Positions 28,301-43,300 of a stretch of DNA of 64,000 bases are shown piece after piece (position 1 is the first letter of the stretch; each line of letters opens with the position of its first letter). The notes under the pieces are model-generated. The model was not told the DNA's origin, searched no databases, and worked only from the letters and a program-made list of their open reading frames with translations. The position numbers and the translations under genes are program-made. The DNA lies in NCBI RefSeq assembly GCF_004010195.1, contig NC_057718.1, positions 36,517,809 to 36,581,808 of the forward strand, written 5' to 3'. Origin of the DNA: Chiloscyllium plagiosum. Lineage: Eukaryota.

Positions 28301-31300
28301 GATGAAGAATTAGTTGTCAAAGATGCAAATGTTGTGGTCAGGGATGAAGCGGATGAGTTGTAGGATGGTGCTCGGAGATTGGCAGTTGTTATTGAGTACC
28401 AAGGCTGTTGCAGTCATGCCATCATTGTGGGGGATACTGGTGTAGAGTACTGATACGTCCATTGTGACAGGAATGTCCCTGGTTCGACTAGTCGTGGGTA
28501 CCGAGTTGCTGAAAGAAATCTGTAGTGTCGTGACCTAAGCTTGGGGGGGGGGGGCACTGTATAATGGCTTTCAAGATGCCCTTGACATAGCTAGAGAGGT
28601 CAGAATGCATTACTTGAGTACCAGCGAAAGAATGTAATATGGAGATGCATGCTTTGAAAATGGATGCACCATTTTAGATAAACTTTAGAATGGATCAACC
28701 GTGTAAAGGCATATACTAGAAAATCATGATGCTCCCATTGACTGAATTGCAAAGTTCTGCAATAGTATGACAAATTTCAATGTTTTTCTTGGCTATGACT
28801 GCAAAGCTCTTAACCTTTATTAAATGTTACAAGAAAACAATAAAAACAGTGTCTGAAAATTGGATGCCTTTGAAACATTTCTCAATAGTTAATGAGATCT
28901 TAATTTCTGATTCCCACCCTACTGCCATATGCAAGCATTTAAATAACAGCAGAATTAAACTCATGAGCAAAGTATATAAAATGTAAAATGCCACAAGTTA
29001 AAAGTAGCTTTTGAAAATGCCAAAGTCATCTTCAAAAAATCTAAGGCACCTCTAAATGGACAGTTATAAGAATACTTTTACACCTAGATAAGTAGCTTCA
29101 GTCGAGCCGTATAAAAACAACAGGACATGTTCTGACCTGACTAAGTAGAAGACATGCAAAACAGGTTAGCAGATGCATTTTGCAAGTCTTGGATATGATA
29201 TTGCATATACTACGTCTTCAATGCAGCATTGAATCAAGTTTAAAAATACAAAGTGAAAATGCTGGGCATGTTCAGCTAGCTCAGCAATACCTGTTAACAG
29301 AGCTAACAGCTGGCAAGCCTTCCACAATAGCACAGATATACACTTACGTTCTCCCCATCTGCCCCCAACCTCACCTATCACTTGTTTAAAATTTACACAT
29401 TTTCAATTGCCAATTTTCAATTAAACAGCAAGAACTGAAACACTGAATTGAATTTTCCCATTTTGACTTAATGTCATTGTCAAGGAATTTATGGAGGTTC
29501 CCTGCCATGGCTACTTTTCTCATGCAATCTTCTGCTGCTCACCTCATTAATTATCAACCTACACTCCACAAGTTAAAACATGTGACAGCTAGTGGGATCT
29601 TGCACTGTTCACACAGTTGGCATTGTATTTAAAAGAGAAAATGAGGTCTGCAGATGCTGGAGATCAGAGATGGAAATGTGTTGCTGGAGAAGCGCAGCAG
29701 GTCAGGCAGCATCTAGGGAATAGGAGAATCGACGTTTCGGGCATTAGCCCTTCTTCCCTGAAGAAGGGCTAATGCCCGAAACATCGATTCTCCTGTTCCC
29801 TAGATGCTGCCTGACCTGCTGCGCTTCTCCAGCAACACATTTCCATCATTGTATTTAAAATCCAACTGCGCACCACTTCAAAAACCTGTAAGGCAGAAAC
29901 TATCCTTCATACCCTGCTGCTCCAATACTTTGGGAAAGGATGTCTTCCAGAAGGGAAGCTGCCAGCCTACAACAGTGATGAGAGCATGAAGACACTTGTA
30001 GGCAAGGTGGTGAACAGGAGGATCACCTTCTTTCCTGTGGATTGGCAAAAGAGGTCACCTCACCAGTCACAGCCAGCTAAGTCATAGCTGTGCATCAAGA
30101 GAAATGCCCAGCAGTGGCAGAAGATTAATAATGATCTTCTGCACTCCACAAGGGTGAATGCTACTAACTTTTCTCGGCTTCTTCACAGTTGTGCTAACAT
30201 TGCCAAGATTGTTAGGCTACAACTCTAACCACCTTATATAGCATCTCCACTTTTATCAAGGTCGTCATATGGTCCCTCAAATCTGCTCTGCCATTTAATA
30301 AGATCATGGTTAATATTTGATTTCAATCCACACCCTAACCAATTTTCATTATCGCTTGATTTTCTAAGAATTTAAGCACTCTTGAGTATACTCTTTGACT
30401 GGAGGATCCATGACCCTCTGGGGTAGACAACTGTAAAGATCAATGACACAGTGTGAAAACCATTTCTCATTATCTGAGTTTTAAAAGATTTACCCATTTT
30501 AGTTTAAAATATTTGAGAAATTCGAGTCCCTCTAGTGAGAAGAATACAATGTATCTACCCTGTCAGAACCTCTAAGTTACCACCACTCATTTATTGAAAT
30601 TCTATTCAATTTCTTAGAAGAATCTTAACAGCCCAGTGATTCGACACTGCAGTGAGACCAGTGATCAGGTCCAGGGATTTCATTTGCTTTATTACATGTG
30701 TTTGTTTACCATTTTTCCCCTGCGTATTTTATTTACTTCACATTCCTCTCTCTCAGTTTACCCCTAGGTTCTGCACAATTTTGAGTATGCCTTCTGCATT
30801 CTGTGAAGTCAAATCAAGATAGTTGTTTATTTCTGCCATTTCCTTATTCTTGATCACAATTCATTTGATCTTAGCCTCTAAGGGATCACTGTTTGACTTA
30901 GTCTACTCTCTTCCTTTTTGCATATTTTTAAAAGCTCTTAAATTTATGTTTCCTACTATTCACTTTAATTTTCTATTTTCTTCACTTATCAGTTATGCAG
31001 TCATTCATTGCTGTTTGTAAAATTTGTTCAATCCTCAGGCTAACTACACAATATTATAAGCACCCACCTTTCACATAACACTATCCATAACTTCTTTACA
31101 AAAATTTATTTTGCTTTTCTTCCTTCCTCACAGCTTCGTTAACTATGAAAGTACGGATTAACAGACAAAACCAGCTCTAAACACTCTTTAAAGATTTCCA
31201 TGTAAAGGATATCATCATTGATCAGGACCACAAAAACCTTTTTGCTGTTCAGAATCTTTAGAATGCAATGACCCTACCCCTAATCATTTGGTAGTAGAGA

Positions 31301-34300
31301 AATTGAACATTGTTGAAACAACACAAAACTTTTCATCTTGCATTCATCAGGACAGGGACTTCGATTGTTCAGCAAGCACACATATTTTGAACACAGTCAG
31401 TATGTGACCATGCTAAGAATTACAAGAAAAACAATTAAAGATTTTGAGTCGGGCTCATATTTGTTCCATATGCACTTGATATTTAAATGCAGGGATCTGT
31501 CCTCTGTAGGAAAAAAGGAATATGTTCAGACATTGCTCAATGTCTGGATTGCGTGAAAGTGTGGGAGGACAACAGTTCCCTGGTGTATTTGTCATATTAA
31601 CAACGTGACTAGAGTCAACTTAACAACCAATCAGCACCCTGTTTTCATGCTTTAATTCGACTGTTTGAAATTTTGCTTTCTTGCATCTCTCCTAATGAGT
31701 GCAAGACAAAAAGCTTCACAACTGTTCCTCTTTTTTCAGCAAAACTGTTATTTCTATCTTGATGCACTTCACCTGCATCTTTTTGGAAATCTTATAAAAT
31801 GTAACCAAAAGAGCCAAAATGTAACATTAAATGAGAATGAGACTACAAATATCATTAATTTTCTAGCAACTTGTGGCAAAACATTAGATAAGTTAGAAGT
31901 ATTGCTCTTCAGGTTCATGTTAGAATATATTTTGCCTAATCATTCTAATCCTTCTCAACATGAGACAGTCTGGACAAATAGTTTTATATTTAAGTACACT
32001 GCAGATCTGAATAAGTGTAAATAACTATGAAATATTTTCCCCATGATATCCATAATATGATCTAGCTGTAAAAAAATTGAACAGTGCATGACACACTTGG
32101 ACAGACAGGAAACATTTGTATCAAGTCTTGCTCATAGACCTCAACTTAATCAGAGCAAGGCACAGATTTCGTAAGATATACTCTTTAATGCTCGATCTAT
32201 TGAGATAACCCATTGGCAATGCTTTGTTTTCAGCTAAGGTACAATATTTCAACAAATTTCACCCACCTCTGAATTCTCAACAGCAGTAAAATAACTACAC
32301 AGTCATTTTACAATGCTCTGAAAATGAACTGTTGAAATTCAGGAAATGACGAGCCCTGTTCAGTGTTTCTATCTCGACCACAAACTGAATCATCCATCAC
32401 TATGTGGATATTCTTTAATATATGGCTTGTCAGAATCACAAATGCCAAACCACATGAAACACATGGAGCAGCACTACCCTGCATTTGAAGTTCTTTGTGG
32501 CTATATGACTTTGAAACAAAAAAAAGCCACGATTTCCCAGATGTTAATTTATTGGATGCAAAATGGTCCAAAACTGCTTTTCTCTGTGGAGAGATTTCAA
32601 TTTCTTCCATTTTCCTTTGGAAGGGTTTAAAATAAGTAAATAATCTGAGTACAGATAACAGCTTCCTGAAAATGGAGTCAATGAGAACTTTGAAACATTA
32701 CTCCTTTGAGTTGCAATAGTTTATAGGAGTACTGGCTTTCATATTTTAATTCTAAATTTAGTCAATTATGTCTTTTATTCTTACTGACTGTGGGTCTAGT
32801 GGAGAAAGAAATAATAGGGAATGTTTCTCTCCTTATTGTACCATCGGTAGATTGCACTGCAGCTTAGTAACAATGAACAAGACCATAAGATATAGGAGCA
32901 GAAATTAGGCCATTCAGGCCATTGAGTCTGCTCCTCCATTCAATCATGGTTGATAGATTTCTCAATCCCATTCTCCGCACTCTCCCAGTTAACCCTTGAT
33001 CCTCTTTACAATCAAGAATCTATCTCAGTCTTAAATATACACAATGACCTAACATCCACAACCTTCTGTGGCAATGAATTCCATAGATTCATTCACTCTC
33101 TGGCTGAAGACATTTCTCCTCATCTCTGTTCTAAAGGGTCTTCCCTTTATTCTAAGTCTGTGCTCTCATGTCCTAGTTTCTCCTACCAATGGAAACATCT
33201 TCCCAACATCTACTCTGCCCAGGCCATTCAGTATTCTGTATGTTTCAATTAGAGCCCCACCTCATTCTTCTAAACTCCATCGAGTATAAAGGGAGTCCTC
33301 AAATGTTCCTCATATGTTAAACTTTTCATTCCAGGGACCATTCTCAAGAACCTTTTCTGAACAAACTCCAGGGCCAGTACATTCTTCCTGAGATAAAGGA
33401 CCCAAAACTGCGCACAATACTCCAAATGTGGTCTGACCAGAGCCATCTAGAGCCTCAGAAATACATCCCTACTTTTATATTCAAGGATTTTCCTTCCGAA
33501 TTACTGACTCAATCTGCAAGTTTACCTTGAGAGAATCCTGGACTATAACTCCTAAGTCTTTTTTCCACTTCAGATTTCTGAATTTTCTCCCCATTTAGAA
33601 ACTATTTAGAAAATAGTCCATACCTCTATTCTTCCTACCAAAGTGCATGACCTCACACTTTGCTATGTTGTACTTCATCTGCCACTTCTTTGCTCACTCT
33701 CCTAATCTGTCCAAATTCTTCTGCAGCCTCCTCACCTGTCTCTCTACCAATCTTTGTATCATCTGCAAACTTAGCCAGAATGCCCTCAGTTCCTTCATCT
33801 GGATCATTAATGTATAAAGTGAAAAGTTGTCGTCCCAACACTCAGCCTTGTGGGACACCACTTGTCACTGGCTGCCATCCTGAGAAGGACTGCTTTATCC
33901 CCACTCTCTGCTTTCTGCCAACAGCCAAGCTTCTATCCATGCTAGCACCTTGCCTCTAACACCATGGGCCCTTATCTTACTCAACAGCCTCCTGTGCGGC
34001 ACTTTGTTAAAGACGTTTTTGAAGTCCAGTTAAAAAACATCCATTGGCTCTCCTTTGTCAAACCTGCTTGTTACTTCCTCAAAGAATTGTAGCAGATTTG
34101 TCAGGCATGATCTCCCCTTGATGAAACGATGCTGATTTTGCCCTGTTTTACCATACACTTCCAAGTATTCAGAAATCTCATCTTTTACAATGGATTCCAG
34201 GATTTTACCCACCACCAAGGTTAGGCTAATTGGTCTGTAATTGTCCGTATTTTGCTTTACTCCCTTTTTAAACAGGGGGGTGTCATGTTAGCGATTTTCC

Positions 34301-37300
34301 AGTCTTCTAGGACCCTCCCTAATTCTGATGTTTCTGCAGACTGATCAACCTGCCTGCATACAAGTGACTGTCCAGGGAGGGTAGCAGCAGTATGCCAGTT
34401 AAAATGGTACCTTTACCTTTCTGCTGGCAAACTTGCTGAGGATCAAAAACTGAAGATTTAACGTAACATGCCAAAAGTGTCCTGTCTGAAATTTTACAAA
34501 ATTTATAATAGTGACATTGTAGACATGAAGTTTGAAATCTAGACAATTAGTTGCTATCAAATTGTATTTCTAATATGTTAAACTATTATAACATGAATCC
34601 TCACCACAGTTCACCATGGTGTAAGATCCATCAGGTAGAATTGTTACAACTGATCTCTTTCCTGGTAGAGATATACAAGGACTACCTAGTTCACCATGGG
34701 AGAGGAAAATCTCAGGGTAGTTTAAAAAGCAGCTTGTCTTAAACAAGATATAGTCTACCACATGACAGTACAAGTTACATTGGTATGATAGACCATTATT
34801 ACTATGACTAAGAGGATGCTGCCTGACCTGCTGCGCTTTTCCAGCAACACATTTTTAAGCTCTGATCTCCAGCATCTGCAGTCCTCACTTTCTCCTAAGA
34901 GATCTCAATATTAAGATTTACTCCATTGAGATGCAAAGCCATTCTCTTGCCAGAGGCCATCTGACATCAGTATATTAGACTGTGCTTAATGCAGTTCTCA
35001 GCATTAACCCATCACACCCTTACACAACTTTTTTAATTTTATTTTATTGACCACAAATTAGAAATACATCCTATCGATAAAGCTAATTTCAAGTTACACA
35101 TTTTATTCTCTAAATATAAACAATTGAGTTTATTTATTCCCATTCTAGAATCTGCAATAAAACAAGTATGAGCCAGGTAAATAACTTAAGCTACATTGCA
35201 TTAACTACATAGTTCACTGAAAAATCATAAACTTGATCCTCCGACTTTAGTATTCCTCATCTTATTTAAGCTTTCGTGTTATTGAAAAACATCAACTGGA
35301 GAGTTGCGACACCAGAATGCTGTTATGCATCTCTCACTTTCCAGCCCAACTGTAGTATGAAAATAAAGGTTTGGCAATACAAAACTCTCTATTAGACCAT
35401 GAAGCTGTGCATGCACACAGACTGAAGTATTCAACACACATGATCAGATTTACCTGCCCGAGTGTGTTCCAATTGCAACCACTACACCGCTGGGATGGAA
35501 TTCAGCACAATGACCTGGTTCCTAAAGAAGGACCAAAGAAAATATCATACTTTCTTTCAAATAAAGTATTTTCTTCCAATTATACTTCTTGGCTACAGTA
35601 CCTAGATGCTTCACCAGATATATCTAAACTATAATCAAAGCTAGGGAAGCTTATGCAGTCAATCACATAATATGGCAACTAAAATTTTTTTTTTAAAACG
35701 GAATCATATCTCCAAGAATCACAGTCCATGCTCACACTAACTCAAAAAAAAACTCACATGAAAGCAAAATACAGTTGAGATCGGGAGTTCATTGTTGTGC
35801 CAAGTAGAATTCCCACTACATTGAATGCACATGCCAATTGCACAAGCTATGCTTTAGTTTATAACTCACTGAATGACAAAAGGAAGGAGTTGGGCTGGGA
35901 GAAAGCTCATGCTTGTTTCTCTTATCTTTCTTGCCCTCTCCTCCTAGAACTATTATCAACAAATCAAAGAAAATGTATGACATTACTTATCATGATGAAA
36001 AATAAAGAGGAGAGTTTGAGTGGCATAATTTTCTTTTAAATTGCCATACCACTTAAAATTCACTGAATCTGTAACTATGCCAAAAAGAGGTCAATATGCA
36101 AAATCTCATGTCTTTCCAAAATAAAAATGCAGAAAATAATTACATCCAAGAGCTTGTTCCACTCAAGGGTGTGGTCCACAGAGTTCCACAAGCAAACCTG
36201 TCGATCCTGGGCACAAGTAAGGAAAAGATCCTTGAAAGGGTGTGTAGCAAGACCCCAAAGTTCATCAGTATGACCCTGCCATGAATAAAATAGTAAACTT
36301 TAGAAACAAACAACTCAATACCTCGTCAGAATTATTTACAAACACTTTCCTGTTACACCAGATGGAAAGATAGGGAAGTTATTCCATCCCTTTGAAAAAT
36401 ATTAGTTTGAACAATAGAAATTCATGATACTATACAAAAGCACAAAGGAAACTAAGGTACTATGCATAAGTATGTGAGAAGATAAATTCTGTTCTAACTT
36501 TTGAATTAACTTTGTTGTCCCTTTAATGGAACTCAAACTAATTTTTTTTTAATGCAATAACTAACAATGCAAATTATTCTAAATAAAATATAAACTTAGC
36601 TGCAGATGAAAAGAATTGAACAATCTATTTTTATGATTACCATAAATGTGACACATCTTTACTTTACAGTCAAGCATTTCCCCCAAAATGCTTCTTCACA
36701 GAAAAACAATGCTGAGTTATTCAGGTGAAGTCTCACATTTTAAGATATCACTCACCTGTACTTCTATCTGAAAGCCATCATTGAACGTTCCTCTTAAAAT
36801 GAAATTACGCGATGTACCGATCAGAAACTGGTCCCCCTTTCCCTCTGCTACTGCTCGAATGGCTCCAAACTGATCAGGGACCTAGACCAAAGCAGAAAAA
36901 AATTTCAGATGCTATTTTTAAACTACTTTTAATGCTTTCTTCTGCATATTATTTACAGAAGTGCCATGTCATGACATGGTACAACACAGATTCCCTTAAA
37001 GATTCTCTCTAAATGCATTCCCACATCATGATTAGATTCAACATTTTAGAAAATAACTTCAGACAAAAGAATATATTGTATCACAGCTTTCTCAGAGACT
37101 GCGTAGGATTAAGATTAGATTAGATTATTTACAGTATGGAAACAGGCCCTTCGGCCCAACAGGTCCACACCGACCCGCCGAAGCGTATACCACCCAGACC
37201 CATACTCCTACGTTTACCCTTCACCTAACACTACGGGCAATTTAGCATGGCCAATTCACCTAACCTGCACATTTTTGGATTGTGGGAGGAAACCGGAGCA

Positions 37301-40300
37301 CCCGGAGGAAAGCCACGCAGCCACGGGGAGAATGTGTTCTGGAATGTGTTCTGGAATCAAATGTTTCTACAATCTTAAAGGTACAGCATAGTTTTTACCT
37401 CAATTTCTCTTTCAGCAACGAGGTCATGATCCCAAAGGATGATTTTGCGATCCTTTCCACCTCCTGTAAGCAGCATTCCATTTCTCATTTGGCAGAGAGT
37501 GAATACACTGCCATCATGTGCTTTAATTTGCCTGCTGATCTGATATACCCCTAAATAATGAAAAGAATCAAATATATAGTGTTATACATGATTTTTAAAC
37601 AATGCAAACAACAGTTGCTAAATTCACCATTGCTTTGTTACTATGTTTCTGTCTCAATAATGTTCATTGTACTGTGTTTAAGAAAAAGTACAATTGGATT
37701 ATACTACATGGATCAAATTTGTACCCAAAATGATAACAGAATTTGAAAGATAATGGTACATTACATCATTAATTTTAAATATTCTGTGCAATGGAATGTT
37801 TTAGATACAGTGAAGGAATAATGCAGTCATAGGAATAAGCCATTTGGCCCACTGAGTTTGCAGTGTTTCTTTCACAGACTATTCCGGTTTGTCTTTTCCC
37901 TAAATTTTGGAATTGCTTCTCCTTCCGATATATATATATATATATATACCAGTCCCTTGATGTGTACAATTGAATCTGGAACCTATTCCTCAAGTGCAAC
38001 ATTTTCAAAAATCTAAACACGTGCTGGGTTAAAAAAATCAAGTTGCTTCTGATTCTTTGGCCAACCCTTCAGTCATCAGAAGCATGTTAATTATTTAATT
38101 TATCTAAATCTTTCTTGATCTTAAATACCTACATATTAGCCTTTTCTACTCGAAGGAAAACACCAGCAGTTCTAGTTCCATGTTACTAGCTTATCCATGG
38201 AGACAATCCAGTGTCTCCCTTCTCTACTCTCCTCATGTTTCCCAAAAGATGGTGTCCAGAATTGAACACAACATTCCAATAGAGGCAAACCTTTTTTGAT
38301 ATAAACATTTCCTATTATTTTCTCGTTTTATGCTCACAAATTGAAAGGTTTGTGACGAACATTTCTAGAGTTCTGTTCTTGCACTCCCATTAAAACAGTT
38401 ACATTTAGTATGCATTCGCTTTGCATTTTACCTATCAAAATGTATTAGCATAAATTTATCTGCACTAAAGTGCTCACCCTCACATTTCCATTAGCCACCT
38501 GCCTAAGTTTGGCCCATAATCCTTCCAAATCTTTCCTATATATTTATCGGATGTATTTATCCGATGTCTTTTAAATGTTGTAACTGTACTTGCATCCACC
38601 ACTTCCTCTGATAGTTCATTTCACACACTAACGACTCTATAAAAACACTATCCCTCATGATCTTTTTAGAATCTTTCTCCTCTCACCTTAATAATATGCC
38701 TCCTAATTTCGAACTCCACAGCTTAGGGAAAAGACCTTTGCTCTTTACCTTATCCATGCACCTCATGATTTTATGAACTTTCTAAGGTCACCCCTCAACT
38801 TTCTATGGTCCAGTGGAAGTCCAAGCCCATCTAGCTTATTTTTATAACTCAAACCCTTCCATTCCTGGAAAATCTTTTCTGAAACCCCTCCAGTTTACTA
38901 ATATCCTTCCAATAACAGGGTAACCAGAAGTGCATACAGTCACTTCAGAAGAAGGCCTCACCAACATCCTGTACAACCTCAACATGACATTCCAATTCCT
39001 ATAGTCTGAGCAATGAAGGCAAGCATGCTAAAGGTGGTTAAGCACCTTCTTAACCACCCTGATGCAAATTTCCAAGAATTATGTACCTGAACCCTGAGGT
39101 CTCCATAACATTAGCCATGGCCCCTACAATTATCTGATAAGTCCTGCCCTTATTTGATTTACAAAAATTGAATATCTCACATTATCCAAATTAAATGCCA
39201 TCTGCCACTCCTCAGCCCACTGATCCAATTGATCAAGATCTCTTTGAAATCTTAGATAGCGTCCTTCACTGTCCACTGCACCAATTTTGGTGACATCTGC
39301 AAACTTAGTAACCACGCCTCCTATATTCTCATCCAAATCACTTATTTAAATGACAACTGGAAGTGGACCCAGTACCACTGGTCACAGGCCTCTAGTCTGA
39401 AAAACAACCCTCCACCACTGCCCTCTGTCTCCTACCATAATGCCAATTTTGTATCCAAATGGCAAGCTGACCTTGAATCCCATTAGTCAGTCTACCCTGC
39501 AGAACCATATCAAAGACTTTACTAAAGCCCAAGTAAACAAAGTCCACGACTCTGCCCTCATCAATCCTTTTGGTTACTTCCTCAAAAAACTTAAGTTTGA
39601 GAGACCGATTTCCTTTACACAAAATCATGTTGATTATCCCGAATCAAACCTTACCTCTCCAAATGCATATAGATCCTATCCTTCAGGATCACTTCCAACA
39701 ACTTAACCATCACCAATGTCAGACTCACAGGTCTATAGTTTCTAGGGTTTTTATTTCAGCCTCTCAAATAAAGGCACAACGTTAGCCACTCACCAGTCCT
39801 CCAGCATCTCACTCGTGATTATGGATGATCCAAATATTTCTGCTCTGGGCTCTGCAATTTCCTCCCTAATTTCCCACAATGTCTTGGGCTACACTTGATC
39901 AGGTCCTGGAGATTTACTAACTTTTATGTTTTCTAAGAACTCCAGCATTTCCTCTTCTGTAATTTCAAAAATTTCAATTATTTATTTCTGAAGTTCTCTA
40001 GCCTCCATACCTTTCTCCATAGTAAAAACTGGCAAAACATTTGTTTACTATTTCTCCCATTTCCTGAGGTTCAACACAAAGACGACCTAATTGATCTTTA
40101 AGAGGCCCTTCTTGCTCTCTCTCTAGTTGCTCTTTTGCTCTTAATGTACTTATAGAATTTCTTTGTATAATCTTTAACCTTACCTGCCAATGCTACCTCA
40201 TATCCCCTCTTTGCCCTCCTGATTTCCCCTCTTAAGAATGCCCCTACACTCTTCATACTGTCGAAGAGATTGTCTATATTTAATATGATTCCTTTTTATT

Positions 40301-43300
40301 CTAGCCTAGAACCTCAATATCTTTATTCATCCATTGCTCTTTAAACTTAGTTTTCACTCTAGCAGGAACAGAATGCCTCTGAACTAGTTATCAGACTTTT
40401 GAAGGCCTCCCACTTGTCAGTCATCCCTTTACCTGCAAACTGTCTACTCCAATCAACTTTTGGACATTCTTGTCTCATACCATTTAAAATTTGCCTGACT
40501 TCAATTAAGAACTTTAACTTTTACGGAAGGCTTATCCTTTTCCTTAACTATTTTCAAACTAATAGAATTATGATCACTAGCCCCAAAGTGTTTCCCTACT
40601 AACATTTCAGTCACTTGCCCTGCCTTATTTCCCCAAAGAAGGTCAAGTTTTGCTTCTTCTCTAGTAACAAGATTTACATATCGATAAAGAAATTTTTCTT
40701 GAACATAGTCAACAAATTCCTCACCATCCAAACCTTTGACTGGGACTGTCATAGTGTTAATCCTTGAAAAACTAAAATCCCCTATTTCAAATCTATTATT
40801 CCGACACAGATCTGAGATCTCTCTAAATATTTGCACCTCAATTTCCTTCTGACTACTGGGAGGCCATTAATACAATCCTATCAAGGCGATCATCCCGTTT
40901 CTATTTCTAATGCCAACATATATATTTTTACTGGATGATCCTTCAGAAATATCCTCTCTAATTACAGTAGTAATGTATTCCTTAACCAAAAATGCCACTC
41001 CCCTCCTCTCTTTCTATCCTTCCTATAGCATCTAAAACCCAGACCATTGAGCTGCCCTTCTCTCAGCCAGTTTTCTGTGATAGCTATGATGGCCCATTCC
41101 CACATTCCAAAAATATGCTGAGTTAATCAGCTTTACTTGCAAGAACCTTTGCACTAAAATAAATGCAGTTTAATTCTTCAAAGTTACCTCATTCTCTGAC
41201 TTTCTCTTGTCCAATCAATTTGCTCTTTTAAGATTCAGAACTATCTTCACCTGTCTTTCTATTTTCGCTACTACTTTGGAACCCCTCAACCTCCACCCGC
41301 TAATAATTTACAGACTCCTGAAACAGAACTAGTAAATCTCCCTGCCAGGATTTTGGTACCTTTCCAAGGGTGAAACCCATCCCTTTTGAATAGGTCTTTT
41401 TACCCTAGCAGAGGTCCCAATAATCCAAGAATCTGAATCCCTGCACATTGCACCATCCCATCAGCCATTGACTTATCTGCCCTACCCTTTTATTCCTTCC
41501 CTCATTAGAACTTGGCATTAGGAGTAAACGAGAGATTAGTGCTTCTTAGGTTCTGTCATAAAATCATAAAATGGTTACAACACAGGAGACAGCCATGGAG
41601 TCTGGGATTTTGGTTGAAAGATATATTTGATTAATATGACTATGTCAAGCTGCTAGTAGACTAGTCTCTATTACTGATAAATACCTTTTATTCCATATTT
41701 TCTATTAAATTAACTGAACTTGTACTCTTCAGATGGCATGGTAAGATTTGAATTCATCTTGCTGGATTAATTTAGACTTCTGGATTATTAACACATTATT
41801 TTACACATACCTACTGCAAATATTCTTTTGAAAGTAATTTGCTTAAGCATGAGACATAGCATGGTAAAAAATAAATGTAACGAGTAATAGTTATTACATT
41901 ACAGGTAAACCTGTATTAAGCTGAATCAGTTGTGTTAAAAGAAAACTGCACTTACCTTTGGTTCCTTTTCCCTGTGCAGTCTCCACAGTAGTTCTATTCC
42001 AAATTAGCATTATACCTCCAGAATCTCCAGTTAGCACATTGCCATTCTCCAAAAATGCTAAACACTGTATAAATTTTGGTTTTTCATATTTCTGAAAGAC
42101 AAATATTGAAAAGGTTCTAGAGATAGGATTTTTGATCTGAACTTAGTTTCCACTATGTAAATAACTTACATTCTAGACGCGTTTTAGTTTATTACCAAAT
42201 GCTATATTTTATTCTACAATGCATCTTGATAAAGTTAGTTTAGGTAAAATATAGCAAATTGACTTCCCTCATCTGATCATAGAACCTTAGCATCTGTTTG
42301 AAGCCTCTTCCAAACAGTTTTGCTGGGACCCAAAATGATAGTAGATGAATTTCTGCAATTCTGTGCTCCTTTATTATATCACAGTTTCCTATTCTTGCAC
42401 ATTTGTTTGACAATTCAACTTTGCATTGGGAGGACTGAGGTCAAGATGAGTTAAAACAATGTTAAAAGTATTTTAAGTATTACTGCGCAATGCTTCAAAA
42501 TATCAAGAGCAAGGAAAACTGGGTTGAGCGGGATTTGGATTGGCTTCTGGCACATCCGAGAGGGGTACAAATTGAATCACTAGAATGGTGAGAGAATGAA
42601 ATTAGTGGTATGGATTGAAGGCAATGGTTTCAAGTCTTTTCAAGACTTAGCTGGTGAAATTATGGTTCATCCAGGATTGCATACTGGACAAGCAGATTGA
42701 CAGCATAGAAGCAGTGAGTGGACAGATTAAGATACATGCTTAATATGGTACAGCTGACTGCACTTCTTTAGATAATGTAACCAAGTGACAGAATGCAAAT
42801 GAGGAAGAGGTATAAAATCAAAGGGACAAGAGAGATAATGGAGGAGTGGCAGGAAGAGAACCCACTTTTCAGATAGTGTTCCAGTTTTGTTTAGCAAGAG
42901 TGAAATCAAATGAGGGCAATACCACGGAGCTGGAAAATGAAAGACAACAGTTTAAAGAGAATGGGATTTAAAAATTTTTTTTCATCCAGAGGATGGTGGG
43001 TTTCTGGAAGTCTCAGGGTCTCTTTCCATGTTGTGATACTCTATAACCTTTCTTGGATCAAAGAGCAAAGATGCCAATGAGGATATAACATCTCATGGCT
43101 GCAGTTACAGAAATTGTCATATGTGACTTTGGTCAGGGCTATTTCAATGCAATCAGAGGGTTGGTATCTGTTTGGAGCAATTCAAACAGAGCTTCTGGAA
43201 AGAATGCGAGGCAAAATTTACGAGGCAAAATATATCTAAGAACTTTGAAGGGCATAGATTGGAGATGGAAACAATAGTTTAGAAGGGTAGATGTTGAGGT

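Noticed and set aside
29635..29846. Fold-backs as miRNA precursors or DNA-transposon MITEs
   Set aside because: Long TSDs, asymmetric ends and similarity to the tail of a GIY-YIG-coding fragment indicate PLE origin.
34417..34460. Possible cryptic microexon on the minus strand ending AAAG|gtaaag
   Set aside because: The acceptors are weak, the 33-nt form has an in-frame stop and the 19-nt form shifts the frame; it cannot be supported without RNA or conservation data.
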